Below, in pieces: positions 10,466 to 22,711 of a stretch of DNA of 64,000 nt. A program made the position numbers and the translations under genes. How positions within the stretch are numbered: position 1 is the first letter of the stretch; each line of letters opens with the position of its first letter. Source of the DNA: Cyanobacteriota bacterium (GTDB lineage: Bacteria > Cyanobacteriota > Cyanobacteriia > Cyanobacteriales > Nostocaceae); assembly GCA_046045965.1 (NCBI GenBank), contig JBJOKS010000020.1, forward strand, positions 1 through 64,000. The letters are read 5' to 3'. The notes under the pieces were generated by a model. It had not been told where the DNA came from, did not search any database, and saw nothing but the letters and a program-made list of their open reading frames with translations.

Positions 10466-10629
10466 AGCTTCAGTTAGAATGCATTGTGATACGTTGGTCT
10501 GGATGGTGATTATATTTCAAAGCCTGTAAAAGTAGCAGCACTTTTCCCACCAATTCAACTTATGCAACAAAAACGATTTCGTAATTCATAATTCATAATT
10601 CATAATTAACCATCAATTTATTTGGTGTT

Positions 10630-10857
10630 ATGCAAAAAAAAGTGAAAGTTAAACCAAATTCTCAACAACAGAAAATAACAGAACAGGAAGATGGTAGTTT
10701 AATTATTCATTTAAAATCACCACCAGTTGATGGTAAAGCTAACGAAGAGTTAATTAAGTTATTGGCAGAAAAATTTAATGTACCCAAGTATAATATCAGA
10801 ATCAAATCTGGTTTATCATCTCGGCAAAAAATTGTAGAAATTGATAATATTGGGTAA
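10630..10857 (+). CDS. DUF167/YggU family protein
   Basis: [13 protein letters not shown] and SGLSSRQK motifs. Confidence 0.9.
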   Translation: MQKKVKVKPNSQQQKITEQEDGSLIIHLKSPPVDGKANEELIKLLAEKFNVPKYNIRIKSGLSSRQKIVEIDNIG

Positions 10858-10905
10858 TTGGTAATTGGTAAAATGAGTGAATCTTAAATCTAATCAAGTC
10901 TAAAA

Positions 10906-12411
10906 TTAAGAAATTTTTACTTTTTGTTGACAATTAACTTCCAAAGGTAAGAAAATCGTCAGCACTTCCCCATATTGTGGACTTTGACGCACAATTAACT
11001 TACCACCAATCGCCTGAAATAGATGCTTAGTTGCAGCAATATTTAAACTAATAGTTCCTGTTTCTGGTTGGAACATTAATAATTGACCTAGAGATTTACG
11101 AATTGGTAGTGTTACAGTTCTAGTTGTATCGTGGCGATCTAACTGAGGTGATAACTGTAACTTGAGTTGATCTCCAGCGGGAATAACCTGAACTTGAATA
11201 CAACTTCCAGGGGGTAAACTGCGGGTAAAATTCTCCATTAAACCGGTGAGTACCCGATCTAGCATAGCCGGATTACTGACCACCGTGGGTAATTGTTGAG
11301 GTAAAGCCACATCTAAAGTTAGATTACGTCGATTTGCAGCTTGTTGCCAACGAGGGATACTTTGCTGTAAAACTTGATCCAAAGACATTGGCGTTAATTG
11401 CGTATTAGCAGATTTTGCTGCGGTACAAGTTTCTAATTCTGCGGCCTTAAATAACAACTCCATCCGATCAATTTGCTCAGTACATTCGTGATCAATAACT
11501 TCTAAGCGATTAATTACAGTAGTAGGTAAATCCCGGCGCTTGAGTAACAAACGAGTCAAAGTGCGAATAGTTGCCAGTGGGGTGCGAACTTCGTGAGCAA
11601 AAGCTTGTAGTAATTCCACATCAGAACGGGAAGATGGTTTTGCTGATGGGGAGACATGAAGATGGAGAGGTGGAGAGATAGGAATAGTATGTGTTAGTTT
11701 ATCCGTTTCTGGCTCTGGTAATTCCTGAAGCAAAAACTGGCTAAATTGAATTATAGTTTGATAGTTTGGTGCAGATGGAGGATATTTGAGAACTAAAGCA
11801 TCCAAATCAGCGAATAATTCTGGATTAGTCAAGATTACCCTGGCTCCCAATGCTTGCCAAGCTTGCTGCACCACCTCTGGTTCAAAAGAAAATAAAAATT
11901 CTTTTTTACCGCTACTGTGTGCTGACAAAACCAGAACTAATCTAAATTTTTCTGTAAACACCAAGCAAAACTGCTCTGCTCCTAGAGGATCGGCTGGTAG
12001 TAAAGGTAAAATAGATTCTTCAGAAGTGATTTCATCCTTTGCGTGGCCGTAGTCGATGATTCGGGTACAGTCTCCCAGAGCAGACATTGCTTCTTTACCT
12101 GCGCTTTTCCCTATGGTTTGCGAGAAATGAAACGGCATCAAAGCCAAAGGGTTAAAGGGTTTGGCGCTAAAAGTGACTGTTTGTAAACTTTTAGTTAGTT
12201 GTGGTTGACTAAATAAGGGTGCTGGTGCAGTTAGAACTAAACCTTGGGTGGTGTCAGGTGTCGTGGTGGCTAAAGTGTTGAGTAGGAGATGTTCTGTAGC
12301 AGCTAAACTGATGCGCCATTGCTGTTCTGCTTTGGCAGATGAACACTCAGCCATATTTGATTGGCTTTGGCCTAAAACTTCTCTCAGACTTGGCAAAATC
12401 CATTCGTACAC
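10906..12411 (-). CDS. hik2: Sensor histidine kinase, Hik2/CSK family
   Basis: AHEVRTPL H-box, N-terminal WILPSL and EQQW segments, GAF-like region, FQPETG C-terminal motif. Confidence 0.75.
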   Translation of the reverse strand: MYEWILPSLREVLGQSQSNMAECSSAKAEQQWRISLAATEHLLLNTLATTTPDTTQGLVLTAPAPLFSQPQLTKSLQTVTFSAKPFNPLALMPFHFSQTIGKSAGKEAMSALGDCTRIIDYGHAKDEITSEESILPLLPADPLGAEQFCLVFTEKFRLVLVLSAHSSGKKEFLFSFEPEVVQQAWQALGARVILTNPELFADLDALVLKYPPSAPNYQTIIQFSQFLLQELPEPETDKLTHTIPISPPLHLHVSPSAKPSSRSDVELLQAFAHEVRTPLATIRTLTRLLLKRRDLPTTVINRLEVIDHECTEQIDRMELLFKAAELETCTAAKSANTQLTPMSLDQVLQQSIPRWQQAANRRNLTLDVALPQQLPTVVSNPAMLDRVLTGLMENFTRSLPPGSCIQVQVIPAGDQLKLQLSPQLDRHDTTRTVTLPIRKSLGQLLMFQPETGTISLNIAATKHLFQAIGGKLIVRQSPQYGEVLTIFLPLEVNCQQKVKIS

Positions 12412-12678
12412 AGGTTTTCACCCCTTGATTGACGAGTGTCTAACAGCAGCTAAAGTAGACACTGCACTATTACTTATGAGGTTATAGTCTTTTCTGCACT
12501 AGTGAAAGTGGTATAACCGAACAATGGAGGCGGAATTTCCCCTGTAATCATCATCAGAATTAAGATATTTCTCCTCTGTTCCTTGCTCCCTGTCCCTGCC
12601 TCCTATTTGGGGAGATGCGGAAATAGCAATATATTGTTACAATACTTAACAGCGTTCATCTCACTGGTGGCTTTTTTG

Positions 12679-14682
12679 ATGATGGTTAAGAGTCTTCCCC
12701 CTGGTTCTCGATCTACTGCGGAGGACAGTCGCGGAAGCGAATTGTCCTTAATTGAAGTATTACCAGAAGAAAATGGTACAGGAACCTTAGTTATCAATTC
12801 ACCGGGACTCTCAGCAAAGCATAAACAGACAGTATTAGTTGAAGCTGAACCTGAGACACTGGGTTACGATCCTGAAGAGATTAAGGTACATTACCAAAGC
12901 AAACCTTTACAAGTTTTGCGGCGGATTTTGGCAGTTTTACAACCAACTTTGTCTTATTTTTTCGGGTTATGGTGGGATAAGCGACGAGGAATAGTCATCA
13001 AAAATGACCGTCGTCGAGCAGTTCAACTCAGAGAATTACTGACGAAATTGGGACCTGCTTACATCAAAATTGGACAGGCTTTGTCTACCAGACCAGATTT
13101 AGTTCCTCCTGTATATTTAGAAGAATTAACTAAATTACAAGACCAATTACCACCGTTTCCTAATGAAATAGCTTACCAGTTTATCGAAGAAGAACTAGGA
13201 AGCCTTCCAGAAGAGATTTACGCCCAAATTTCGACCGAACCGATTGCTGCGGCTTCTTTAGGACAAGTATATAAAGGTAAGCTGAAAACTGGTGAAGAAG
13301 TTGCTATTAAAATTCAGCGTCCAGATTTGCGAGAACGAATCACGATTGATTTGTACATTTTGCGCTATTTGGCTGGGTGGGTACAAAGAAAGGTAAAACG
13401 GGTACGGAGTGATTTAGTCGGGATTTTGGATGAATTGGGCGATCGCATTTTTGAAGAAATGGATTATATCCATGAAGGTGAAAATGCTGAACGCTTTTTT
13501 GAATTATATGGCCATATCCCAGATATTTACGTACCAAAAATTTACTGGGAATACACCAACCGTCGTGTGTTAACGATGGAGTGGATTAACGGGATTAAAT
13601 TAACCCAAGCACAAGAACTTCAGGAATTGGGAATCAATGCACGTTATTTAATTGAAGTAGGTGTTCAATGTTCCCTGCGTCAATTATTAGAACATGGATT
13701 TTTCCACGCTGACCCTCACCCCGGTAATTTGTTAGCGACCTTTGATGGTAAATTGGCTTATCTCGACTTTGGGATGATGAGCGAAATTAAGCCACCGCAA
13801 CGTTATGGTTTAATTGAAGCTATTGTTCACGTTGTCAACCGTGATTTTGACTTATTAGCACAAGATTACGTAAAATTAGAATTTCTTTCCCCAGAAACAG
13901 ATTTAACACCGATTGTTCCCGCTTTTGCCAAAGTTTTTGCTAATGCTCAAGGTGCAAGTGTATCGGAATTAAACATTAAAAGCATCACCGATGATTTATC
14001 GGAATTAATGTATGAGTATCCTTTCCGCGTACCTCCCTATTATGCTTTAATTATTCGTTCTTTGGTGACTTTAGAAGGGATTGCTATTTATATAGATCCT
14101 AACTTTAAAGTCCTCAGTGAAGCTTATCCCTATGTTTCTAAACGACTGTTAACAGATCCAGCAGATGAATTAAGAACATCATTGCGAGATTTATTATTTA
14201 AAGATAGTAAATTCCGGTGGAACCGCTTGGAAAACTTGTTAAAAAATGCCCGCAATAGTCAAGATTATGACTTTGACTTTAACATAGTCATGAATCAGAG
14301 TGTAGAGTTTCTATCTTCTGAACGGGGTGCATTTATTCGTGACAGGTTAGTAGATGAGTTTGTTAATGGAGTGGATGCGCTAGGTAAAAACGTCTTGCAT
14401 AATTTTACTTATGTACTGCGAGAAAGGGTAGGTTTAACAGCAGTTAATGAAATGCCTGGTGCAACTGTTGAACAACAACAAACCTTAGAACATATCAAGC
14501 GAATTCTGGGTATTCTCAGAGAAACTAAGGGTTTTGATCCTGCTAAACTTGCTCCCCAAGTAGTGCAGGTACTTGTTAATCCGAAAGTACATCATTTAGG
14601 TCAACAAATTGCTAATCGCTTTACACAAAAAGCTGTAGCTAGAATAATTAGGCAATTATTAGCAGCGGAAGAAATGGGGTGA
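12679..14682 (+). CDS. ABC1/UbiB/AarF atypical kinase
   Basis: IKIGQ, AAASLGQV, HADPHPGN and DFGM motifs. Confidence 0.92.
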   Translation: MMVKSLPPGSRSTAEDSRGSELSLIEVLPEENGTGTLVINSPGLSAKHKQTVLVEAEPETLGYDPEEIKVHYQSKPLQVLRRILAVLQPTLSYFFGLWWDKRRGIVIKNDRRRAVQLRELLTKLGPAYIKIGQALSTRPDLVPPVYLEELTKLQDQLPPFPNEIAYQFIEEELGSLPEEIYAQISTEPIAAASLGQVYKGKLKTGEEVAIKIQRPDLRERITIDLYILRYLAGWVQRKVKRVRSDLVGILDELGDRIFEEMDYIHEGENAERFFELYGHIPDIYVPKIYWEYTNRRVLTMEWINGIKLTQAQELQELGINARYLIEVGVQCSLRQLLEHGFFHADPHPGNLLATFDGKLAYLDFGMMSEIKPPQRYGLIEAIVHVVNRDFDLLAQDYVKLEFLSPETDLTPIVPAFAKVFANAQGASVSELNIKSITDDLSELMYEYPFRVPPYYALIIRSLVTLEGIAIYIDPNFKVLSEAYPYVSKRLLTDPADELRTSLRDLLFKDSKFRWNRLENLLKNARNSQDYDFDFNIVMNQSVEFLSSERGAFIRDRLVDEFVNGVDALGKNVLHNFTYVLRERVGLTAVNEMPGATVEQQQTLEHIKRILGILRETKGFDPAKLAPQVVQVLVNPKVHHLGQQIANRFTQKAVARIIRQLLAAEEMG

Positions 14683-14800
14683 TTGGGGACTGGGGACTGG
14701 GGACTGGGGACTGGGGACTGGGGACTGGGAAGAAAGGGAAAATGAGGAATTACTAATTATGAATTATGAATTATGAATTATGAATTATGAATTATGAATT
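14683..14800. repeat. STRR arrays (GGGGACT)n and (AATTATG)n between convergent genes
   Basis: About 6 copies of each heptamer. Confidence 0.95.
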
Positions 14801-15226
14801 ACCCTCCTGATTTCCATTTTGATCGCGTTTGAGACTTTCTTCTAGGGCTTGAATTTGTTCACGACGGGCTTCTAATTCCAGAGTACGACGGGCTAAATCT
14901 TGATTTTGCAAGGTTAAAGACTGTCGCCATTGTTCTGCATTCTCAGCTTCCTGTTGTAAAAATTCTGGGGTAATGCCAGTCTTAAGATAAGTTTGGATTA
15001 AATAAAGTACCCAACTTGTAGCATCTTCAATCTTTTCTATTTCACCTGTAGGAGAAAGTTCAACCAATACCAGCATTTTTTCGCTCAAGGTGTTTCCTTT
15101 CCCCAGAAGAATAAATGTCTCCTCGGAAATGATTGACCATAAATAGTCAGCTTCCTGATATGCTAATAGGCATAATTGATATTGATCTAAAAAATTGTCT
15201 TTGCGTACTTGGGCTAGATATAGCAT
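14792..15226 (-). CDS. Conserved cyanobacterial coiled-coil hypothetical protein
   Basis: MLYLAQV start and EQWRQSLTLQNQDL coiled coil; follows valS. Confidence 0.75.
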   Translation of the reverse strand: MLYLAQVRKDNFLDQYQLCLLAYQEADYLWSIISEETFILLGKGNTLSEKMLVLVELSPTGEIEKIEDATSWVLYLIQTYLKTGITPEFLQQEAENAEQWRQSLTLQNQDLARRTLELEARREQIQALEESLKRDQNGNQEGNS

Positions 15227-15304
15227 ATTTTTATCAGTTGTCAGTTTTCAGTTGTCAGTTTTCAGTTGACGGTTAACAGCTAACAGTCAACCGTCAACTT
15301 TTAG

Positions 15305-18300
15305 CTATACTAGAGTACGCAGACGTTCCTGCAAAATTTCGGCTTGTTTTTGGGCTTCTGCTAAAGCATCTCTTGTAGTTTGTACCACATCTGCGGGAGC
15401 TTTATCTACAAAGTTAGAATTACTTAATCTTCCACTTAAAGATTTAACTTCCGCTTCAATTTTACTCAAACTTTTCTCTAGTTTGGCACGCAAAACCTCA
15501 ACATCAACAACTCCCGTTAAAGGAATAACAACCTGAATTGTACCGACAACTCCAGAAATAGAATTTTCTTTTTCTGGTGTTGGTGTTGGTTCTATTTCTG
15601 GTTGTGTAGGTTCTTCACTGGGTGGAAAGTATTTAGCAAATAATTCTTGTCTCGCTTTCCCATTGAGTAAATAGCGAACAACAAACCAACCTGCATAAAA
15701 CAAACCCACTGTTTCAAAGAAACTCCCAAAAATGGGTAGCCGTAGGGAAGTATTTCCGACAAAGATAGCGACTCTCAGCGAAACTAGGACAGCCAAAATT
15801 AAACCAATTGTTTTGAAAGTACGCCAATATGGGCTATTAAAAATTGGGTTACTTTTTGCTTCTTCTACAGTAGTTGTAGTAGTTGTGGGAGCATTAATAG
15901 TTAAGGTTTCTACCTTAGCTAAGTCTTTGATATAAGACTCTCCAGTTGTGATAATTAACCTTTCTTTTTCGCTTTCACTTTGCAAATTAGCAGTGATTTT
16001 CACACCTGGCTTGACATCAGCTTCGGCGCGTAAATTGCGAATGGTGCGAATTGTATCAATTAACAAATTAAACTGTTCTTCTAAACCAGAATCAATTAAA
16101 TTTGTATCCGCTTCAGGATAGCTTTGTAAAGCTAAAACTTGGGGAGTTTCCGCTGGTTGTTGGGTGAGAGTTTGCCAAATTTCTTCGGTAATATGGGGCA
16201 TGAAAGGATGTAATAATTTTAAGATTCCTTCCAATATTTCCGCAAGAATTTGTTGGGCAACTTTACGAGATGCGGGATCTGCATCTGGCTGTAATCTGGA
16301 TTTTACTAATTCAATATACCAGTCACAGAAATCACCCCAAATAAATTCATAAAGTCCTTTAGCTGCTTCTCCTAAACCATAATTATCAATGTAGTTATTT
16401 GTCTGTTTAACTACTTGATGATAACGGCAAAGAATCCATTTATCACTAAGTTCTATGGGTTCAGGTTTACCTAATTGGGCTGGAGTTTGTCCATCCAAAT
16501 TCATCATCACAAATCTGGATGCATTCCATATTTTATTGGCAAAATTACGTGATGCTTCTACAGATATTGATTCATCTTTTTTGCGGTCATATTCTAGCCG
16601 AATATCTTGACCTGCTCCCGCTACTTCTTTAACCAAAGTATAACGTAAAGCATCAGTTCCATATTTATCAATCAACAATAATGGGTCAATGCCATTATTT
16701 GCTGATTTGGACATTTTCTTATTATTTTCATCCCTAACTAAACCGTGAATATAAACAGTTTTGAAAGGCATTTTTCCGGTAAAATGTCCCGCCATCATCG
16801 TCATTCTCGCTACCCAGAAAAAGATGATGTCAAAGCCTGTAACTAAGGTGGTGTTGGGGTAATAAGTCTCAAAATCTGGGGTTTTTTCTGGCCAACCTAA
16901 AGTAGAAAAAGGCCATAAACCAGAGGAAAACCAAGTATCTAAAACATCGGGGTCTTGTTCTAACTTGACTTCTTCACCAAATTGTGCTTTAGCTTTTTCC
17001 CAAGCTTCGGCTTCCGTGCGAGCGACAAAATGGGGTGTGGTGTCGGTAATTTCTCCCCCGGTTTCACTCACAGCATACCAAGCGGGGATTTGATGACCCC
17101 ACCATAACTGACGGGAAATACACCAGTCACGCAGATTTACTAACCAGTCACGATAGACTTTAGTCCAGCGTTGGGGGACAAACTCAGGGGAATTTTGATT
17201 ATCGAGGAAATCTAGGGTTTTGTCAGCGAGGGGACGAATTTTAACGAACCACTGGGTAGAAAGTAGAGGTTCAACGGGGACTTTGCCGCGATCGCTATAG
17301 GGTACTGTATGTTTATACTCCTCTATTTTCACCAGTACGCCATCAGCTTCTAAACGGGCAATGACATTTTTTCGGGCAACAAAGCGGTCTTGTCCTTGAA
17401 ACTCACCCGCATTTTCGTTCAGCGTGCCGTCTTTGTTCATGATATTTATAAACGGCAAATTGTGACGCTTACCCATTTCAAAGTCGTTAGGGTCATGGGC
17501 GGGAGTCACTTTCACGCATCCTGTACCGAAAGTAGGGTCAACTAACTCATCACCAATAATCGGGATTTCCCGGTTCATAATTGGTAAAGTCAATGTTTTA
17601 CCAATCAAATCTTTATACCGTTCATCATCAAGGTTAACCGCAACGGCTGTATCACCTAACATCGTTTCTGGTCGAGTTGTCGCTACTTCTACAAAACCAG
17701 AACCATCACTGAGGGGATAACGGAAGTGCCAAAGATTACCATTTACTTCTTTGGGTTCAACTTCCAAGTCAGACACCGCAGACTGGGAAGCGGGACACCA
17801 GTTAACCAGATAATTACTGCGGTAAATTAAGCCTTCTTCATATAGCTGAATAAATGCTTCTAAAACTGCTTTTGATAAACCTGCATCTAAGGTGAAGCGT
17901 TCCCGTGACCAGTCCACAGATACACCCAAACGGCGTAATTGATTAACAATTGTACCGCCAGATTCATTTTTCCATTGCCAAGCGCGTTCTAGGAATTTTT
18001 CTCGACCGACATCATCGCGGTTTGTTCCTTCTGCTTTGAGTTGCTTTTCGAGAATGGTTTGTACAGCAATACTCGCGTGGTCTGTTCCTGGAACCCATAA
18101 GGTGTTTCGTCCTTTCATGCGATGGTACCGGACGAGGGTATCAATCAATGCGCTTTCAAAGGCGTGACCTATATGTAAACTGCCGGTGACGTTTGGGGGA
18201 GGAATGACGATGCAGTAGGGTTCGCCTTTGTGGTTAGGGTCTGCTTTGTAGACTTGGTTTTCTTCCCAGAATTTTTGCCATTTGGCTTCTGTGGAGAATG

Positions 18301-18340
18301 CTTCGTAGAGACTGGGGAGATTGGGAATAGTTGCGGTCAT
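15305..18340 (-). CDS. valS: Valine--tRNA ligase with internal CAAD membrane-anchoring domain
   Basis: PPPNVTG-LHIGH and KMSKS motifs; two-TM insert encoded at about 15570-15895. Confidence 0.98.
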   Translation of the reverse strand: MTATIPNLPSLYEAFSTEAKWQKFWEENQVYKADPNHKGEPYCIVIPPPNVTGSLHIGHAFESALIDTLVRYHRMKGRNTLWVPGTDHASIAVQTILEKQLKAEGTNRDDVGREKFLERAWQWKNESGGTIVNQLRRLGVSVDWSRERFTLDAGLSKAVLEAFIQLYEEGLIYRSNYLVNWCPASQSAVSDLEVEPKEVNGNLWHFRYPLSDGSGFVEVATTRPETMLGDTAVAVNLDDERYKDLIGKTLTLPIMNREIPIIGDELVDPTFGTGCVKVTPAHDPNDFEMGKRHNLPFINIMNKDGTLNENAGEFQGQDRFVARKNVIARLEADGVLVKIEEYKHTVPYSDRGKVPVEPLLSTQWFVKIRPLADKTLDFLDNQNSPEFVPQRWTKVYRDWLVNLRDWCISRQLWWGHQIPAWYAVSETGGEITDTTPHFVARTEAEAWEKAKAQFGEEVKLEQDPDVLDTWFSSGLWPFSTLGWPEKTPDFETYYPNTTLVTGFDIIFFWVARMTMMAGHFTGKMPFKTVYIHGLVRDENNKKMSKSANNGIDPLLLIDKYGTDALRYTLVKEVAGAGQDIRLEYDRKKDESISVEASRNFANKIWNASRFVMMNLDGQTPAQLGKPEPIELSDKWILCRYHQVVKQTNNYIDNYGLGEAAKGLYEFIWGDFCDWYIELVKSRLQPDADPASRKVAQQILAEILEGILKLLHPFMPHITEEIWQTLTQQPAETPQVLALQSYPEADTNLIDSGLEEQFNLLIDTIRTIRNLRAEADVKPGVKITANLQSESEKERLIITTGESYIKDLAKVETLTINAPTTTTTTVEEAKSNPIFNSPYWRTFKTIGLILAVLVSLRVAIFVGNTSLRLPIFGSFFETVGLFYAGWFVVRYLLNGKARQELFAKYFPPSEEPTQPEIEPTPTPEKENSISGVVGTIQVVIPLTGVVDVEVLRAKLEKSLSKIEAEVKSLSGRLSNSNFVDKAPADVVQTTRDALAEAQKQAEILQERLRTLV

Positions 18341-18545
18341 GCTGGGAATAATCAGTTTTTAGGACTCTGATCAATTTTGCCACAAGGTTGGAGGGGGTTT
18401 GTGAATATGTTTCTAGATTTTCAACTCAACCGATAATAATTCTATACAGCGATTTTCAGGTAGCGTAAAACCAATTTACACAATCAGCAGTAATTCAAAA
18501 ATTAGATTATGATTGTAAAATAGAAAGATTAGAGACAAGTAGACT

Positions 18546-18806
18546 ATGAATACTATAGAAGAGATAATCATTAAAGTTCCATCCAATATTGCGGAAGCTT
18601 ATCGCCGCAGCACAAAAGAAGAACAGGAACAAATTCAGTTAAAGTTAGCATTAATTATGGAATCAAATTTATTCAATAATAGAAAATCTGTAGATTTGGC
18701 ATCTCGCGGAATTAATGAAGAACAAGCCGCCAATTTAACAGCTAGATTACAATGTTTTGCGGAAGATTGGGATCAACCGGAAATGGAAGTTTACGATGCT
18801 CTATAG
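18546..18806 (+). CDS. Putative type II antitoxin
   Basis: 86 aa with acidic EDWDQPEMEVYDAL tail; overlaps the toxin start. Confidence 0.65.
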   Translation: MNTIEEIIIKVPSNIAEAYRRSTKEEQEQIQLKLALIMESNLFNNRKSVDLASRGINEEQAANLTARLQCFAEDWDQPEMEVYDAL

Positions 18807-19143
18807 TCGTGGACAAGTGGTGCTGGTTTTGTTTCCAGACTCAAACTTAAAAACTGCTAAACGTCGTCCTGCTTTAGTAGTTCAATCTAACAATATTGGT
18901 ACTGGTTTATCGCAAACTATTATAGCTATGATTACCAGCAATGTTTCCCGTGCTGGACACCCTAGCAGAGTTTTTGTGAATATAGTAACACCAGAAGGAA
19001 AACAAACGGGATTAGTCACTGATTCAGTGATTATGACAGATAATCTTGCAACTGTTTTAGATACAGAAATTGATAAAGTTATTGGTGTTTACTTAGAAAT
19101 GTCTTTAGTAGATGCTGCACTGAAACATACATTAGGTATTTAG
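18796..19143 (+). CDS. PemK/MazF family toxin
   Basis: RGQVVLVLFP, KRRPALVVQ and AMITS motifs; ATG at 18796 overlaps the antitoxin end. Confidence 0.9.
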   Translation: MLYSRGQVVLVLFPDSNLKTAKRRPALVVQSNNIGTGLSQTIIAMITSNVSRAGHPSRVFVNIVTPEGKQTGLVTDSVIMTDNLATVLDTEIDKVIGVYLEMSLVDAALKHTLGI

Positions 19144-19265
19144 AATTTTAAAGTATTGTTAAACTGATCTACTATTTGATCTCCTCGACGTAAAATTAAT
19201 GGAACTCTTGGTAAACTATCAAATTCGTTTTGGCTGGGGTGGCTTGTTGAATACTTAAACCGCAT
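19140..19265 (-). pseudogene. Truncated remnant of a retropepsin-like protease gene
   Basis: MRFKYSTSHPSQNEFDSLPRVPLILRRGDQIV resembles the N-terminus of small cyanobacterial aspartyl-protease-like proteins but stops after 41 aa, before any D[ST]GA motif. Confidence 0.5.
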
Positions 19266-19270
19266 AAAAT

Positions 19271-19483
19271 TTAATCATTAGAAACTGATTGATTTAGTGC
19301 TTCCATGAGAATTTCTCCAGCCCCGAAGTTGTTATAAGGTGTTGGCAGGTGATATGTTTTGAAAGGTTCTAATGGAGAAATATCTTCAGCGGTGTCCAAA
19401 TCTTCTGCAAGGATGCGAATTAATTTGAGCTTCTCTGGCGCTGAAAGTTGTCGAACTGACGGGAGTAACTCGGTTAATGTCAT
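19271..19483 (-). CDS. Small antitoxin-like hypothetical protein
   Basis: LTELLPSVRQLSAPEKLKLIRILAEDL, typical of addiction-module partner proteins. Confidence 0.7.
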   Translation of the reverse strand: MTLTELLPSVRQLSAPEKLKLIRILAEDLDTAEDISPLEPFKTYHLPTPYNNFGAGEILMEALNQSVSND

Positions 19484-19547
19484 ATTTTCCTACTGGATGT
19501 ATTTGAGGTATGTAGAGTCAGAGTTATCTTATTCTATTTTATCTAAT

Positions 19548-19625
19548 AGCGATCGCATTTCCCAAAATAACATAACATTACAGGCGATCGCACTTCCCAA
19601 AATCATTCTACAAGCGATCGCACTA
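19548..19625. repeat. Three tandem HIP1-containing units of about 30-35 bp
   Basis: GCGATCGCA(T/C)TTCCCAAAAT repeated; third unit GCGATCGCACT. Confidence 0.8.
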
Positions 19626-19800
19626 CGGTAAGCTAGAGATAACGCTATCCTTACCATAATCCCACTTCATAAATATGGTATTCCATGATTGAAGTATGAA
19701 TTGTGTTTCGCGCAAAGACGCAAAGGAGCAAAGATACAAAGGAAGAATGATATAAATATTAATTTTTACATAAGGCGTTCATAATTAATTTCGATTCAAA

Positions 19801-19837
19801 AAACATCGTTACTGGTTTAAATTTGGTAACGATGTTT
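19801..19837. repeat. REP-like hairpin (ATCGTTAC...GTAACGAT family)
   Basis: AAACATCGTTAC-N13-GTAACGATGTTT perfect inverted repeat. Confidence 0.8.
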
Positions 19838-19872
19838 AGCATTATATCAAAAAATTCCTTAACAACTATATC

Positions 19873-20778
19873 CTAAACTTCCTCATTACTCAATCTTTGT
19901 AACAATTCCTCACGGGATAAATTACCCAAAGAAAGAAGTAACTGAGTGCGTTCAGAAATAGGAATATTAGCAATCTTTTCCACCACACCAGATAACTCAG
20001 CATCCAAACTACCAAAACGCCCTTCCAGAAGAGAAGTTATCAACAAAAGTTGTCCTTCTTGCTTTCCTTCTTGCTTCCAGTCTTCTATTTGTTGTAAATA
20101 AGCCGGTGATAAGTTCATAATCACTTCTTCCTCTTCTCTACTTAAATTATCTCTCAATTCTAAATTCTTGCGCCAGTCCGCTAAAATTTCTAACAAATTC
20201 TCTCGAAAAGGGTTGTTTTCTGGTAACTCGGTTAACTCCTCTACTGCTCTTTTCTGTGTTCCTCCTTTCCCCAAAACTCTCAACCATAACGTATCCCCAT
20301 TTTCCGGTAACTGATGAATCACAACTATTGCTGTTTTCAGAATATTCGGCAGAAAATAAACACCTTGAACCCAATCTTCTGCAATTTCAGTTGCACCTAA
20401 TCCTGTAATCATGCGAGATGAAAAAGTTGGTGTTAAAATCCATAAAATCGGTAAATCTGATTCAGCAATATTTCTGTTTTCGCGTTTTGCTTTCCTAACT
20501 ACATCACCATGAACGGCATATAATTTAAGTAAACAACTGCGAATTTCGATTTCTGATGGTGGGTTGCGAAAAGGTTCAAATAAACATTGAGTTTTTGCCA
20601 TCTTCCCTAATAAACCTAAAGGTAGATTTTCCTGAGTTTGAGAAGAAAATGGTTCAAACCAAACATCAATTTCTTGAACTTCACTTTTAACTTTTTCGCT
20701 TTTTTTGATTGTTCCTAGAGGTGTTAATAATTCCTCTAAATATTCTTTCGCAAATTGGTCATGAGATTGACGAGTCAT
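19873..20778 (-). CDS. Rpn/PD-(D/E)XK-like multicopy cyanobacterial protein (DUF4351-like C-terminus)
   Basis: HDQFAK, EIDVWF, LFEPF, QEGKQEG and LEGRFG motifs. Confidence 0.75.
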   Translation of the reverse strand: MTRQSHDQFAKEYLEELLTPLGTIKKSEKVKSEVQEIDVWFEPFSSQTQENLPLGLLGKMAKTQCLFEPFRNPPSEIEIRSCLLKLYAVHGDVVRKAKRENRNIAESDLPILWILTPTFSSRMITGLGATEIAEDWVQGVYFLPNILKTAIVVIHQLPENGDTLWLRVLGKGGTQKRAVEELTELPENNPFRENLLEILADWRKNLELRDNLSREEEEVIMNLSPAYLQQIEDWKQEGKQEGQLLLITSLLEGRFGSLDAELSGVVEKIANIPISERTQLLLSLGNLSREELLQRLSNEEV

Positions 20779-20797
20779 TAATATTTAGGTAGATGTG

Positions 20798-20977
20798 TTA
20801 ATTATGATTTTTATTAAATAGTTTTTTAGCCTGTTCATAAATTTCAAGAGTTATTAAAGATATACTATTCTCTTGAGCATAGGTTTCGATTTTTTTACGA
20901 GCAAAAGGACGGACAAAGAAAGGAATATCTTTGAGTTTAGCTTCCGCTTCAGCAGTCCATTTAATCTGTTCACTCAT
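20798..20977 (-). CDS. Stand-alone PCP_red domain protein (absent from the ORF track)
   Basis: Hand translation MSEQIKWTAEAEAKLKDIPFFVRPFARKKIETYAQENSISLITLEIYEQAKKLFNKNHN* matches the W..EAE..L..IPFFVR ChlB C-terminal motif. Confidence 0.85.
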   Translation of the reverse strand: MSEQIKWTAEAEAKLKDIPFFVRPFARKKIETYAQENSISLITLEIYEQAKKLFNKNHN

Positions 20978-21039
20978 GGATTTTTAGGGTTTAATTTCAA
21001 TATAAAGATTGGGATTAATGTACATTTTACACTAATACT

Positions 21040-21074
21040 AATATCGTTACCAGGTTCAACCCAGTAACGATATT
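21040..21074. repeat. REP-like hairpin, possible thiC terminator
   Basis: AATATCGTTAC-N13-GTAACGATATT; same family as 19801-19837. Confidence 0.75.
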
Positions 21075-21088
21075 TAACGAAAATTATC

Positions 21089-22560
<1,472 letters not shown>

Positions 22561-22711
22561 TCTTTCAGATTTTAGCATTTTGTTTAGAAGCGGGGGGAGG
22601 ATATTGTGAAAATGGGATTTATTTTATGTTTTTAGTGCATAGGGTTGAAGCGGAATTTGTAGAGTAGGCATAAAAAATAAGTATTATTTACTAGGTGTTG
22701 GTGATTGAAAA

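Noticed and set aside
19548..19625. HIP1-containing repeats as a mini-CRISPR
   Set aside because: Only three short degenerate units with related, too-short intervening sequences
20873..21067. 64-aa plus-strand ORF
   Set aside because: Antisense to the better-supported PCP_red gene
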